NCBI RefSeq assembly: GCF_009914755.1 | Contig: NC_060942.1 | Length of the DNA stretch: 64,000 bases | From: the human T2T-CHM13v2.0 reference genome, Homo sapiens | Reading direction: 5' to 3' (one strand) | Program-made: the position numbers and the translations under genes | Shown: piece after piece, positions 18,409-39,896 of the stretch | Layout of the letters: every line of letters begins with the position of its first letter | Position numbering within the stretch: position 1 is the stretch's first letter | Notes under the pieces: model-generated | Told to the model about the DNA's origin: nothing | Databases searched by the model: none | The model's input: the letters and a program-made list of their open reading frames with translations, nothing else

Positions 18409-20086
18409 AACAGAAGACAAATGTGCTTTCAATCCAGCATTCCTCAGAGTCTGTAAGTTGGCTTTTCAACAATTTATCCACTTAGTTTTCCATTTTGATG
18501 GGGTGGCATTTCCGGTTGTGTGTCCACATCTGTATGGTTTCTGTGTTCACAGAGGAAGAAGGCAGGGCTTGGGAAGAGGCAGCCATCACTGCACATTCCC
18601 TGGGAGGGATTTTCGCATGGCCTGTGGGCTTTTGCTTGCTTATTCGGATCAGAGAAACAAATACATAGAGACTAAGGACAATTTTCAGTGTTATATTGCC
18701 CGCAGCTCTCACTGCTCGCAGAAGAGTGAGCGGGACTGTGCATGGGGCCTGGGAGAGGATATTTTCTTCCCATGCATACATGAGGGAAGGCTCTTTATTT
18801 CGAACAACTCAAAATTTAAGGGGTAGAGTTGAACACATACGAGATGAAGCATGAAAAAAAATTACTGATTTTATTTCTTTGACTTCCTGAGCACGTGCAC
18901 ACCAGAATGAACACTACAGCAGCCGGGAGTGTCATGGGGCCCCTTGAAAGTGAGGTGCCCCTCATCACCCACACTGTGGCCCTCCTCCCTGGCTCAGCTT
19001 CCTTTCACCAGGTGAATGGTGGCGATGGCCTCTTGACCTGAGAAACCAGCCTTCCTTTTATGCCTGTGTGCCTAAGCTAAAAGATCAACAGCTGTCTCCC
19101 CTTCAATGTGTAGATATTACAATCTGAAAATAAAATCCTCTTTATCAAAACAATAATCTGAAAATTAGCATAACGTTAGGTTCCTGGTATTATAGATGAA
19201 GAAATTAGAGAAACATTTTAATAATAGCACTGAGGAGGGATATTTTACTGCTCAGTTGGTGAGTTAGAGGATACAGTTACTGCCAAGAAATCTTTCTGCT
19301 TTTATTTTCCTTACTGAACAAATCAATGAATAATACAGATATAGATGCAAGGTGTTCTGGCCCAGTATCCCTGTGACATTCTGTATTTCCTTATCTAATT
19401 GGCTGCTTAGCTTTTTGTCCATCACATATCTTTACTGTGTATCACCTATTTATCTCTCTGTAATTCCATCATCATAATTCCCATCCCCATCAATGTTGCC
19501 TTTCCAACTAGAAGTCCATGCAGAGTTCCACAGTTCTTAACCACACATAATGTCTCACACAAAATAACTGGTTTAGTAAATATTTCTTTTTAGTTGTTGT
19601 TTTGTGGAAATTCTTTAATTTTTGTTCATTTGAAAAGAAAAGAACATCAAGCAACCCAAAAAGTGCAAAGGAAAAAAAATTCATTCAAATTTTATTATTC
19701 AGAAATAAACGTTACCTTTGTGACTATCACTCCAGTCTCCTTTCCGTGTGGATACTGGTGAAAGGGTCAATAGATAAACACATTATTATATAGGATTCTG
19801 TTTACTAATTAAAAATAAAGTTATAACAATCGCCATTGAATTTAATAAAAGAAAAAAATGAAATAATTGTTGAAATTCAGATAAATGTTTCTTCATCAGA
19901 GGTATTCATTTCTGTAAGATTCTTCTCAAATTTAAAAAGGATTGTTTATGCTTGTATTTCTAACTATTTTAAGCATTTTTAGGCATTTTCTGTTGATTCT
20001 CAGCTCTGAAATATGGGGCAATTGGTACAATCTTGGGTCCTTGAATAGTTTTTCTTAAAATGTCCTGACTTTTAAAAAGTTATATA

Positions 20087-20305
20087 ATCATGCCTGTAAT
20101 CCCAGCACTTTGGGAGGCCGAGGCAGGCGGATCACGAAGTCAGGAGATCAAGACCATCCTGGCTAACACGGTGAAACCCCATCTCTACTGAAAATACAAA
20201 AAAAAAATGGTGTGAACCCAGGAGGCAGAGCTTGCAGTGAGCCGAGATCGCACCACTGCACTCCAGCCTGGGCAACAGAGGGAGACTCTGTCTCAAAAAA
20301 AAAAA
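20087..20305 (+). mobile_element. Internally deleted Alu
   Basis: Left-arm linker joins directly to the middle of the right arm (aaaaaaaatggtgtgaacc); TSD aaaaagttatat. Confidence 0.8.
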
Positions 20306-20424
20306 GTTATATTAAAATTTTTCTATTTTCAAAGTTCCTAACACTTCTCTTTTTTCACCAAAGTTTTCTAGTTCTTTAGTCTTAGTTTTATAGTTGATAG
20401 ATTTAGAACTCACCACCAGTCTTT

Positions 20425-21330
20425 TTTTTTTTCTTTTTCTTTTTAGTTGACCTGGAATAAGTGTACATATTTATGGGGTAAGAGTGATATTTTCATACAT
20501 GTATACGATGTGTAATGATCAAATCAGGGTAATTGGGATGTCAGTCACCCCCAACATTTATCTTTTCTTTGTGTTGGAAACATTACAAATCCTCTCTTGT
20601 AGCTATTTTGAAATATACAATAAATTACTATTAACTATTATTTCCCTACTCTAATATTGAACAGAAGATAGTATTTTTTCTCTCTGTGTTTTTCTACTCA
20701 TTAGCCAACCTTTCCTCATCCCCCTATCGCCTCTACCCTTCCCAGCCTCTGGCAACCACCAATCTACTCTCCACCTCCATGAGATCCACTTTTTAGCTCC
20801 CACATATGACAAAATATGATATTTGGCTTTTATGTCTGGCTTGTTTTACTTAACATAATGACCTCCAGTCTCATACATGTTGCTGCAAATGACAAGATTT
20901 CATTCTTTTTAATGGATGAATAATATTCCGTTGTGCATATGTATCCTACTTTCCTCGCTTATCCTTTGATGGACACTTAGGTTGATTCCATATCTTGGCT
21001 ATTATGAATAAAAGCTGTAATAAATATGGGATGCAGATACCTCTTTGATACAATAATTTCCTTTCTTTTGGATAAATACTCAGCAGTAGGATTGCTGGAT
21101 CTTCTGGTCATTCTATTTTTAGTTTTTTGAGAAACATCCATACTGTTCTCCATAGTGGCTGTAGAAATCTACATTCCCACCAATGGTGTATAAGAGTTTG
21201 CCTTTCCTGCAGCCTCACCAGCATTTGTTATTTTTTGTCTTTTGGATAATAAACCATTCTAATGGGTGAGATGATACCTCATTGTGGTTTTGATTTGCTT
21301 TTCTCTGATTAGTGATGATCAGCATTTCAC
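20425..21330 (-). mobile_element. Old L1 (L1MA-like) 3' end
   Basis: Antisense L1 3' motifs: ...tgttgctgcaaatgacaagatttcattc...ggacacttaggttgattcc...ctcattgtggttttgatttg. Confidence 0.75.
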
Positions 21331-24300
21331 CACTAGTCTTTGACTACAGTTTTTCCTTTTTTAAAAAAATTATTTTGATTCATCTTTCAATTGGCTAAAT
21401 TTCATCATTCAGTTTTTCTTTTTCCAATAAGCGCTCATGGAATTCTTGAAGTATTGCCTGCTTGACAGCATCTGCCTTTTTTTTTTTCTACGTTATATAC
21501 AACTTGGCTAAGTATGAAAATTTTGGGTGACACTCTTCCCACTCAAAACCTTTTAAATAACACTGCACTGGCTTCTGGCATTGAATATTGCACTGGAGGA
21601 ATCTGAGCCCAGCCCAGTTATTCCCCTTGTATGTCATGTGGATCTTCTGCCTAGATGAACATGTAAATCTTCTGTACCCTTGGAGTTCATTGTCTACTCT
21701 GCACCAAACTTGGTGCTGATTCCATTTCATGTGTGTGTGTGTGTGTGTGTATGTATGTGTGTGTATTGAAGGCTGAATTTTAACAAGCTGTAAAATCAAG
21801 TATGTCATTATTTCAGGACTATTTAATCCTTAGTTTCTGTTGATACTTTGTGAGTCTTTAAATAATGAATTTATTATTTTTGTTAATGTAATATATGCAC
21901 ATAATTTTGGAGTTGAATATTCTTTGGCCCACACTTCTCCAGTTCCCAACCCTATTTTCCAGAGCCAACCAATTCATATGTTTTGTTTCTTTTTATATTT
22001 CTATAGTTCTAAATAACAAGCTTATAATATTCTTTCTTGATATTTAGACTTTGGACATTACTTAATAACTTCCTTTGGTGAATGCTGAGATTTTTCCCTC
22101 TTAGTCTATGCACTCACCCTCAGCTAACCAACATAGTTATAACCTAATTTTGGTTGAATTTGTGCTTTGAGTTTACATTATTTTAAGTATATAAACAACA
22201 TTGATTGCTTTTCATCTCTAATGGAGACATGTCTCCAAGCAACCAGCACTTTCCCCATCTTCCTTACCCTGTTGTATTTTTTTTTATTCCACAGCCTGTA
22301 CTTGTCTTTCCTCTCCTAAAGAATGCAATCAAAGGACTTCATCTGTTTTGTTCCTGCTTCACTTCAGAGCCTAAAACAATGCTTGACTTGAAATCATTAC
22401 TCATCCAATACTTGCTAAGTGGGTAAATGCTGAGAAGACAGAGTGCCATAGTTATATACTCTTTGCTGTACAACTTTTTGTTTTTCCTTAAATTAGTAAT
22501 TGCCTCACTTTTTTATTTGCTTGTCTTTAATCATGTAATCATAATTACATGTAATCATAATTGATCCTTCCAAAATGTCCAAAGGAGTTGTAACCCCATC
22601 TTACAATTCTGCTTCTGTCTTTTGTAACAGTTCACATAATCTCCCCTCCACACCATGAGCCTCCCTGGTTTCCAGGGCTGTGACAGCTGTATGCTGGGCT
22701 CTCACCTCATCATCTAAGATTCTCTTTGCTCTTCTCCCTGCTTCCTGTTTCCTGTTTCTCATTTCTCCTCTTCTTGATTTACTCCCTCACTTTTGTGGAG
22801 CACACCTTCCCATGATTCCTGGAAAATGGGGTAGAGATACTGTTTTGCCCTGTTGCACATCTGAACTGTTTTTATTCTCCTATTTGTTATTTGGAAGGGA
22901 CTAGAATTCTAAATCAGCAATCCTCTTCCTTTGGAAATTCGAAGGCATTGCCCCATTATCTTCTAGCTCCCGTCGTTTCTGTTGAGAAGTCCGTTGCCAT
23001 CCTGGCAATTTCTCTCTCTCAAGCGTTCTCTCTGGAATTGTTTAGAATGTTTGTTTTAACTCTGGTGTTCTGAAACTTCATTATTATGTTTTGTGGAGTG
23101 GTTCTTTTCATGAATTATGCTGAAAAACCGAGCTCTTTATTTCTGGAATATTTTCTTGTTTTTTTGTTTTTGTTTTTGTTTTTTTTTAAAGTAATTTCCT
23201 CTCTTCTGTTGTCTCTTTTTGGGTTTCCTACTAGTTGGATATTGACTTCCGATTTGACCCTCTAATGTTTTAATCTTTCTGCTCCTATTTTTTTTTAATC
23301 TCTCTGCCTTTTTTCTGTGTATTGGAGAATTTTATTAATTTTAAGTTTTAACCAACTGGTGCATGTTTCATTTTAGCTATCAGTATTTAATTTCCACTGA
23401 ACCTTTTCTTCATACCTTCTATCTCATTTGTTCCTCTGCTCTCACCCCACTCTTATTAAACTGTTTCTATTTTTTGAGTGCAATATAGTATATTGTCTTT
23501 TGGAAAATTCTAATTATTGGGCTTTTCAAAACTGCTTCTACATTCCATTTTCGTGTATGTTTTGGCTTCTGTCTTTCATGCTGAACGACCTTAAATGTCT
23601 GGTGGTTCTTTGTGACTCCCTTAACTCTAGAGGGGCATACCAAAAGGCTAATGGGAAGAGCTGTTGATGGGCAAGGCTTGTGGATAAATGGGCTTTGCAT
23701 AGGGTGATTTGAATAGGTATCCAGAAGCTTCTTTTCGGAAACTCCAGATGTTTGGTATCTGAAGGTCATTTCTCTGGGCCAGTGGTCTTTCTGGAGAAGA
23801 CCCTCCCCCCATGTCCTATGGTGGCCCATCTCCCATGAGCAGGTAGCAGGGTGGAAAGTCCTGCAGGCAGGAAGCAGACCTCATTCAGTCCTCCCAGGCA
23901 GTCCTGTTCTCCTGCTCCCAGAATCCTGAACAAGAGGTTTTCACTCAACTGAGCATAATGGGCCGCGGGCTATGGGGCGCTAACTGCTCTGCAACCAGAA
24001 TTTGGACCCATTTCCCTGTTGTCCACTCTTACCTCATTTCTATGACTCCTGGCACATCGAGTTTCCAGACTTTCTGGGGCTCTGTGGGGGTGGAGTGGCC
24101 CCTTCCTGTTGGTATCCCCTTCCATAGGCACTTAGATTCCGCTATCTCGGTCCTTCTCCGCTCTCTGCTTTCTGACCTGCTAGACGTGTTACCATTCCTT
24201 TCTTTGTACTCCTTAGTTTGAGGATTTCACCTGCTCTACTCTTTTCCTCTCCTTTCCACAGTTTTGTTCGGGGGCAGTGGTAGGAGTGTGCATACCCACC

Positions 24301-24434
24301 CACCGTGCTTGTCCTTTGGCTCTTTGATAATTTTGAGTCTTTTCTGTTTCATTTGCTTCACTTTCTTCTTTGGGAAGAAATTGTGACCATGGTGCATTTG
24401 CGTTTGGGTCATCCATGACATCTTCTATCTGATC

Positions 24435-24759
<325 letters not shown>

Positions 24760-25299
24760 GATCGTTTTAAGAACTGTCCTGTGATGCTCTGTCCTGCCTA
24801 CTTTGCCTCTGTGTTTTAATTCGTGGTTACTCTTTGCATGTTTGTTACTTGCAATGCCACTTTCATCTCTTTCGCATTTAAATTTTTTTTATTTTTTCTT
24901 TAGAAAATTGCTTTGAACTCTAATATTGTTTTCGTGTGTGTGTGTGTGCACGCGCGTGCATCTCTGTGTGTAATTTCTTTGACTATGGATAAGTACTTAT
25001 CTAAATTCTCCCTCTTTCTTGTGTAGTATCTCTTATGACACACATTTGTCCTCTGCTTTTTGCTTATGTTGATTTCCCACTTAAAAAATCTTTCTACTTG
25101 GGCCCTATGTGTGGTTCTTTCTGATGATTCACCTTTGACTATTACTCAAGGCTTACAAGGGGGTCGCATCACCTTCCAGGCTGTTGTTTGCTTCTGAACA
25201 TGGCTTCGTGTGTGACAGGAGAGAGGCTTGTGTTTCTCGTGTGCTCCGGGAGTGTGAGCCCCAGCTTCTGCTTTCACTGAATTCTGCTGCCAGCCACGT

Positions 25300-25610
25300 C
25301 CTTGATACTTTGTGGGTGATTTATTTCATTGGCTCGCTATTACTTGGCAGCGGCGGTGGCTCCTCAAGCCAGCGTGGGCTCCAGGTGGCCCCGGGCCGGG
25401 AGGCGATGGCCCCGGGCCAGGAGGCGTGGCCACGGCCGCTCGCCGGCGTCCGTCCCCAGGAACGGCCAGCACTGGGGCAGCGGAGGAGGCAGCGGTGGTG
25501 GTGGCACCGGGTAGAAGGCGGTGGCACTGGGTAGAAGGCACCGCCGCGGGAGGCTTCCGCGGAGACTCAGGGCTGCAGAGCCAGCGGAGGCTGAAGGAAG
25601 AGAAAGGTAA
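25300..25610. other. Isolated CpG-rich exon-like island (minus-strand terminal exon or plus-strand first exon)
   Basis: Very GC/CpG-rich patch in AT-rich surroundings; minus strand has ctttctcttccttcag acceptor (exon from 25590) and AATAAA at 25325-25320; plus strand has AAG|gtaatt donor at 25607. Confidence 0.5.
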
Positions 25611-25785
25611 TTTTCCTACTCGCATATATTAATTTCAGGAAACAGATAAAACAATTAGTAAATCAAACATATAAAACAGAATTTTTAAAGAAAATAATCT
25701 CCCAAAATATATAAAAGTAGAATAGTTAAAAAAACAGAACCGAATATTTTAATGTAATTTCTAATTTTCAATTAATGAATATTAG

Positions 25786-29230
<3,445 letters not shown>

Positions 29231-30292
29231 TGAGACCTTGTCTCAAACAAATAATTACAGAGAACTATGGGGGGTGGGGAGGTTGTCACATGATACATTT
29301 TAGTCAGTCTGCACTGAGATGTTAAATGATTGATACATTTTATGTCATTATAATTTACAAATTATCTTCCTACCTCCTGTGTCTAATACAATCCCAGACA
29401 GATTTGAAACTCCCTGAGAGAAGGGCCAAGCTTCATACTTATTTATAAACATGATAGCATTTAGTAGAATCCAACACATCACTAATTCTCAATCAAAATG
29501 TATGGAATGAGTGGAAAACAGTAAGATGTGCTACATGGTTGTCAGAGATTCTGGTTTAGGGAGCCTTGATTTAGTTACTTTTCAGGGTAATTCCTTTTAA
29601 GCAGCTTGGTTATTAGAACTTCCTTGGGAGAGTTACTGTGATTATTTTGCATTCATGTGCTTAGTTCAAGACAGAGTCCATAGTTCAAATCATTGAAAAT
29701 GACTCATTAAAATTTTCCTCTTTTTTTTCCTAATAAACATGGAAGGAGAGCCATTTATCCATTAGATGCTATGGATCGAGCAACTAAATGGCAAAAGTAA
29801 AAATCCCTACACAAGGTTTAGAACAAAACTAGTTGACAAGGTATCCCCACAAACCCCAAATGTAAGAGGCGTGAGGAGGAACCACAGACAGCTGCAAGAC
29901 CTGAGTGAAGTCAGCAAATGCACAGATAAAAACAAGGGCATGACAAAGCATGTGGTGGACATGAAGAGAGGAGAATCCAAAAATAGCATCAGGTTCCGCC
30001 AGGAAAGTGTGGCAAGAACAGCGGCTGAAAACAGGAAGGATTTCGCCCCATGCAGTAGTGAGTGAGTGCAAGGGGCCCATGGTGAGAACTGAAAGCCTAG
30101 AGCAATCCTTCCTTCCGGGATTAAGACCCCTCACAGAGGGGAGACTCTTAAGATGGAATGAGAATTTTGCAGATGTAGACTAGAGAAATGTAAGAAAAAG
30201 AAAGTGCAGAAAAAGGTGAGAAAAGGGAAATTTCCTAAGGCAAGCTTCCCTATTTTAGCACACTAATTAAAACAACAGAAAAGTTTGTGAGG

Positions 30293-30681
30293 TGCTATGG
30301 TCTGATGTTTGTGTTCACTCCTCCCAATGCACGTGTTGATATCTCATCACCAATGTGATGGTATTAGGAAGAAGGGCTTTTGGGAGGTGATTGTGTGTTG
30401 GTGGTGGAGCCCTTACAAATGGGATTAGTGCCCTTATGAAAGAGGCCCCAGAGAGCTCCCTATCCTTTCCACCACCGCCACCTGAGGACACAGCAGGAAC
30501 GCACTGTGTGGACCAGGAAGCAGGACCTCACGAGACACTGAAGCTACCAATGTCTGTATTTGTCAAGTCCAGTCTTGATCTTGGACTCCCCAGCCTCCAG
30601 AACTGTGAAAAATAAATTTCTGTGGTGTATAAGCCACCCGGTTTATGGCATTTTGTTAAAGGAGCCCAAATGAACCAAGAC
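30293..30681 (+). mobile_element. MaLR LTR (MLT1A-like)
   Basis: tgctatggtctga...gggattagtgcccttatgaaagaggccccagag...cagcctccagaactgtga...aataaatttctg...aagaca. Confidence 0.8.
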
Positions 30682-30817
30682 ACTAGGTGAAGTTGCAAAA
30701 GCTCTCCGGAACTCTGCCTCCTTCTAGGTGTTAACGAGAAGTAACCTGCCTAAGGAGGAGCACTTGAGAAGAAATGACATCAAAGATGTACAAAGTTATC
30801 ATCAGAAAAACAATGAA

Positions 30818-34307
<3,490 letters not shown>

Positions 34308-34424
34308 TCACTGGAAGAAAAGTTAGGTTCTCTTCTCTCTCTTTTTCACAGTGAATCAGCAGGCAGTTATTAAGCATTTTCTATGTGCCAACATTGTGTT
34401 AGCTTGTACTGGGGAATACAAAAT

Positions 34425-35378
<954 letters not shown>

Positions 35379-35428
35379 AATGCATGCTTAAGAAGCATTA
35401 CTCTAGCAGGAAAGCAAGACACAAAATA

Positions 35429-35772
35429 CAGTCATGCATCAGATAACGTTTTGGTCAATGATGGGTTGCACATATGAACATGCAGTCCCATAAGATTATA
35501 ATGGAGATGAAAAATCCCTATTGTCCAGTGATGTCAGAGCCATAGTAAAGTTGTATAGCAATGCATTGCTCATGTGTTAGTGGCGGTGCTGGTATAAACA
35601 CACTTGCTTCATGGCCAGTCGTGTAAAAGTCCAGCACATGTAATTATGTGCGGTACATCATACTTGATAATGACAGCGAATGACTTTCACTGGTTTATGT
35701 ATTTACCATGCTATTTTCCTTATCATTATATTAGAGTATATACTCATTCTACTTATAAACGAAAGTGAACAG
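35429..35772 (+). mobile_element. Tigger3-like DNA transposon, 5' part only
   Basis: cagtcatgcatcagataacgttttggtcaatgatggg...cccataagattataatggagatgaaaaat start; no matching right end. Confidence 0.7.
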
Positions 35773-35774
35773 CC

Positions 35775-38700
35775 CTACCAGTCTTCAGTTCTTAATCTTA
35801 TTTTAAAAACTGTGGTCATGGGATCCTCAGCTGGGTCATAACATACATCAGGTTGGTCATTTCCTGGGCTACGTACCTTGCATAGAATAACATTATACAA
35901 ACAAGCTTTGTTTTTAGAGTTCCAGTACTCTTATAATAACCATAAAATAATAGGACTGTAGCGACTTTTTGTCCTACCTCAGTGACTTGATGTATACACT
36001 GGGAACAGCTCTTAGTCTGAGGAAGGTCAGTTGAAGTCCTTACTGTACAAGTCCAAGTTTTAAGGAAAATGAGTCCCGCGATGAGTTTTCTCATGCTTCG
36101 GCTGTGCATGGACCAGTCAGCTCCCGGGTGTGACTGGAGCAGGGCTGGTTGTCTTTTTCAGAGTCACTTTGCAGGGGTTGGCGAAGCTGCTCCCATCCAC
36201 GTACAGCTCCTAGTCTACTGATGTTTAAGGTTGGTCTCGGAGGTCGGGCCCACTGGAATAAACTGAGTCCAGTACCTCTACATAGTTATGTTCAACTGGG
36301 CTGTCTGATACCAGGAGCAAGGTGGTGGGGTTTAGGGTGTTGCAAACTTCACTGGTTATGCGGGGATTTTCACAGAGCAAGCTTTGGCATCTAGTTAGTC
36401 TAGCATTCATTAGCTAATAATGTCCTTTGCTGTTTATTAAAGTCACCACAGCATGGGGGACTTAATGTTTAGGTTTTGCCTAAGAGTGAGCTTATCTGCT
36501 TCTTGTGCTAACAGGGCCATTGCTGCCAGAGTCCTTAGACATGGGGGCCAGCCTTTGGAAACCCCGTCTAGTTGTTTTGAGAGATAGGCCAGTGGCCTTG
36601 GCCAGGGCCCTACAGTCTGGGTTAAAACTCCAACTGCCATTTTTTCTCTTTCTGACACACAGGGTGTAAAGGGTTTTGTCAGGTCAGGTAGCCCCAGGGC
36701 TGGGGCCGACATGAGTTTTGTTTTTTTTTTTTTTTTTAATTCATGAAAAGCTTGTTGCTATTGGTTGTAATAGATGTAGTTTATCTAATCTAGATTTTTA
36801 TTAACTGTCACATACTAAAATATTGACTTAAATCCTGTAGCTATTTGATTTCAAGCTTTAAATTGATCTGTTATTCCTTGTGGGGCTCCAATTGCATCTA
36901 AATAGATGTGAGAGTTGAAAGACCCATAAGGGGCTTCTCTCGCTTTACGATGTCTTATTTTTTTCTCCTTCTGGTTGATGAAATGCCAGGGTGAAAGGGA
37001 TAGCCAGATGGACTAAACCACAAGTGCCACTCCAGTTATTCAGCAGAGTGTCCAGTAAAGGTTCACCACAATACCACCACACGTCTGCGCAGGGATGAAC
37101 AAGGGCTGACTGATTGATAAGCTCTTGAAAATTCTTAAGCTCATTGCATCCCTTCAGGTCTCCAAGGAATGCTGTTTCCTGCCTGTCGTGAGAGACACAA
37201 AGTGAACTTAGTGTTGGGAGATGGAAGCTGGATGGCTCTCAGGGGCTGACCCGCAGGGTGCCGGACTTCGGGATATAGCAGAGAGAGCTTGGCATGACTT
37301 ATTACTCCAGGCTGTAGAATCCTGGAAAAGAGCTACCATGCAGCCTACGCCTGGTCAACTGGAGGACCACCTTAGTGGAAACGAGACAATCTGGGCCTCT
37401 GGCCTGCCATGTGCACAAGAATAACAATTGCTTTTGTTTAACATGCAGAAGGAATATTTGATCAATTTTAACCAGGTATTTGCATCTTGGTATGCTGTCT
37501 TAATTGCCAAAGTTTGTTTTAAGTCTTTAACTTCTATGATCCTCTAGTAAAATGAATGTATGATTTTAGGAAATTACAAAAACCGGTTGGGGCAGTCTAT
37601 CCTTGCTCTTTAGTGGTCCACAGAACATTGGACCAACTAAGGCATTAAAGCTCTACATTGGGGGTAAGACTCCTGGTTGGCACTGGGGTCTTTATTGAAA
37701 TCTGCCCGGATTAAATGGTCCTAGTTTACTAATGCCCAGTCTGAGGAGAGTCAGGAGGGACAGAGGTACTTTTCTGAAGTAGAGAGCTGTCTTCGACTTG
37801 GCAAGTCCCCACAGGGTCTAACAAGACAAGCATTAAATGCAATAGTTTAAGGTGAAATTGACTTGGTTATGTTAATAACCAGATAGTCAACAACAGAGCG
37901 AGGAAAGAAGAAAGAGTAATAGAATAGATGAAAAGAATTAAATTTTTCTCAGCTTTAGTTTGGTAGGGCTTTCCCCTGGGACTATGGCCCACGACTCTGG
38001 AAGGGGTGGCGCTTTCTTGACTCGGGTGTGGTGAGTCCATCCTTTTTTTTTCTGTACAAACAGCAGTCTTGGTGGTTAGCAGCCCAAGGTAGGGTCCTTC
38101 CCAGGCTGGCTTGAGTTTTTCTTCTTTCCACCCTTTGATAAGAACGTGATTTTCAGGCTGGTGCTGGTTTACCGGAAATTCTAGGGGTGGTACCAGTACT
38201 AAAAGACTTTTAGTTTTTGAGGGAAAGGAAAGTGGAAGATACACCGAGTATATAATTTCTAAGAAATTGACCTTTTGTTTTAAATGTGGGGACCTTGGCA
38301 GTGGACTTTATAGTCCTTGGTGCCTTCTTACTGAGAAATTTCTGTTAGCACCTATTTTTATTAGTTTTTAAACCAAAGAAAGGCAAATACCACTTTACAT
38401 TTAGCAATGCTATTTGTATGATTTTTATACCAGATAAGCTAAATTTTACCTTTATATTAGTGTGTTATTAATGTTAAACCTAATTTTAATAAAACCTTGT
38501 AGACATATTTATCCAATTTTTAATGTTTGACCATAAGGTAAGATTTTATAGACTCTTTTTAACCTTTTATAATTTTTGCTAAAGAGCAGGTTGGTGCTTT
38601 AAGAAAAATCTGCTATGCTTTTATTTTAATGTCCAGTTTACAGCAAAACTGGATGATACCTCTAACTTTAGCCAATGTTTACACACAGAATTTTCTTTTC

Positions 38701-39896
38701 AGTGTACATTTTAAAACTTGATTAAACCTTTAAAACAAAGTATACACATTTTTAACCTTCTAATATAGGTAAAAATTTATATTCTTATGCCTCCTTATAA
38801 TTCTTTTCCCAAAGGTATATTTTAATTTCCTTATACACCTTGCACATAAACTGTTTTTTCTTAGCTACTTGTATATATCTCTCTTTCTCTCTTTGACTTT
38901 GTCTCTCTCTCTTTGACTTTCCTTTTGCCTCTGTCTCTTCCTCTGTTTATCTGCTTCTCTCTCTCTCCTCTCTGCCTCTCTCTCTCTCCTCTCTCTCTCC
39001 TTTCTGCCTCTCTCTCTCTCCTCTCTGTGTCTCTCTCTCTGCCTCGCTTATGCTGCTGTTCTCTCAACCACTGTGGAGAGATCTAAAACCAGCTGTAACC
39101 AAGCGTCTATGTATGGGAACTGATCTGGGTGCCCTGGCTTACAGGTTACCTTGTGCCACAGCTTTGAAACAAGGGACCTGTCCAGGCTTCCTTCTGATGG
39201 CCAACCCACCTCTAATGCTGGTCAGTCTATTTTACACAAAGTTTTAAGTTTTCCTGGTGTCATAGCACTCCATAGTCTCCCTTAAATCCTTTTTTGAAAT
39301 TTTTCAACATAGTTCCTAGTAGGGTGGGCTTATTTGTGCCTGACCCATGCTTCTTCAAGACAAAACACAACACTCACACCACACGCACACCACAAAACAA
39401 AGAACAGGTAAAAAGGGCACACACACACTTTTGCAGTTTACACCAAACCAAAATCAGAGTATCCAGAAATCTAAGCCAGGTCAAAACCAAAACCAAAGTA
39501 TCAAGCAATCCAAGTCAAGTCAAAAACAAAAACCAAAGTGCCAATAAAGGCACACTGTGGGTGATCAGGCCACGCTTCCACTCAAATGGAGTAGGCAGGT
39601 TTGCAGGTTCCAAAGACTAGTCTTACCAAGTTTTGATGTCTGCACTGCAAGTACCAGTTCCTTCCCGGTGTTCAGCCACTGCATTGATTCTCCACGGGGG
39701 CCTGCTACACACTGCTCTGGCGAGGCGTCCCACTGGGGCAATTGCCTGCCCAGGATGCTCTCATGATCCACGTCAGAGAGCGGAGGGCTGGTCGGAGTCC
39801 CCCGCAGGGATGTTCCACAGGGCAGGCTTAAGCCGCCTAAGGAGCTGCTTCAACCGTCCGCCAATCACCTCGCTTCCTGGTCAGGGAACCAAGAAA
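35775..39896 (-). mobile_element. Harlequin/HERV-E-type ERV internal region, defective and 3'-truncated
   Basis: Pol tether fragment SAPALGLPDLTKPF...LAYLSKQLDGVSKGWPPCLR (36443-36712); integrase C-terminus WKEEKLKPAWEGPY (37867-38244); attached to LTR2 and PBS. Confidence 0.85.
39874..39891 (-). promoter_or_regulatory. Primer-binding site complementary to tRNA-Glu
   Basis: Minus strand TGGTTCCCTGACCAGGAA, 5 nt downstream of the LTR end (...ctaca tttct). Confidence 0.85.
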
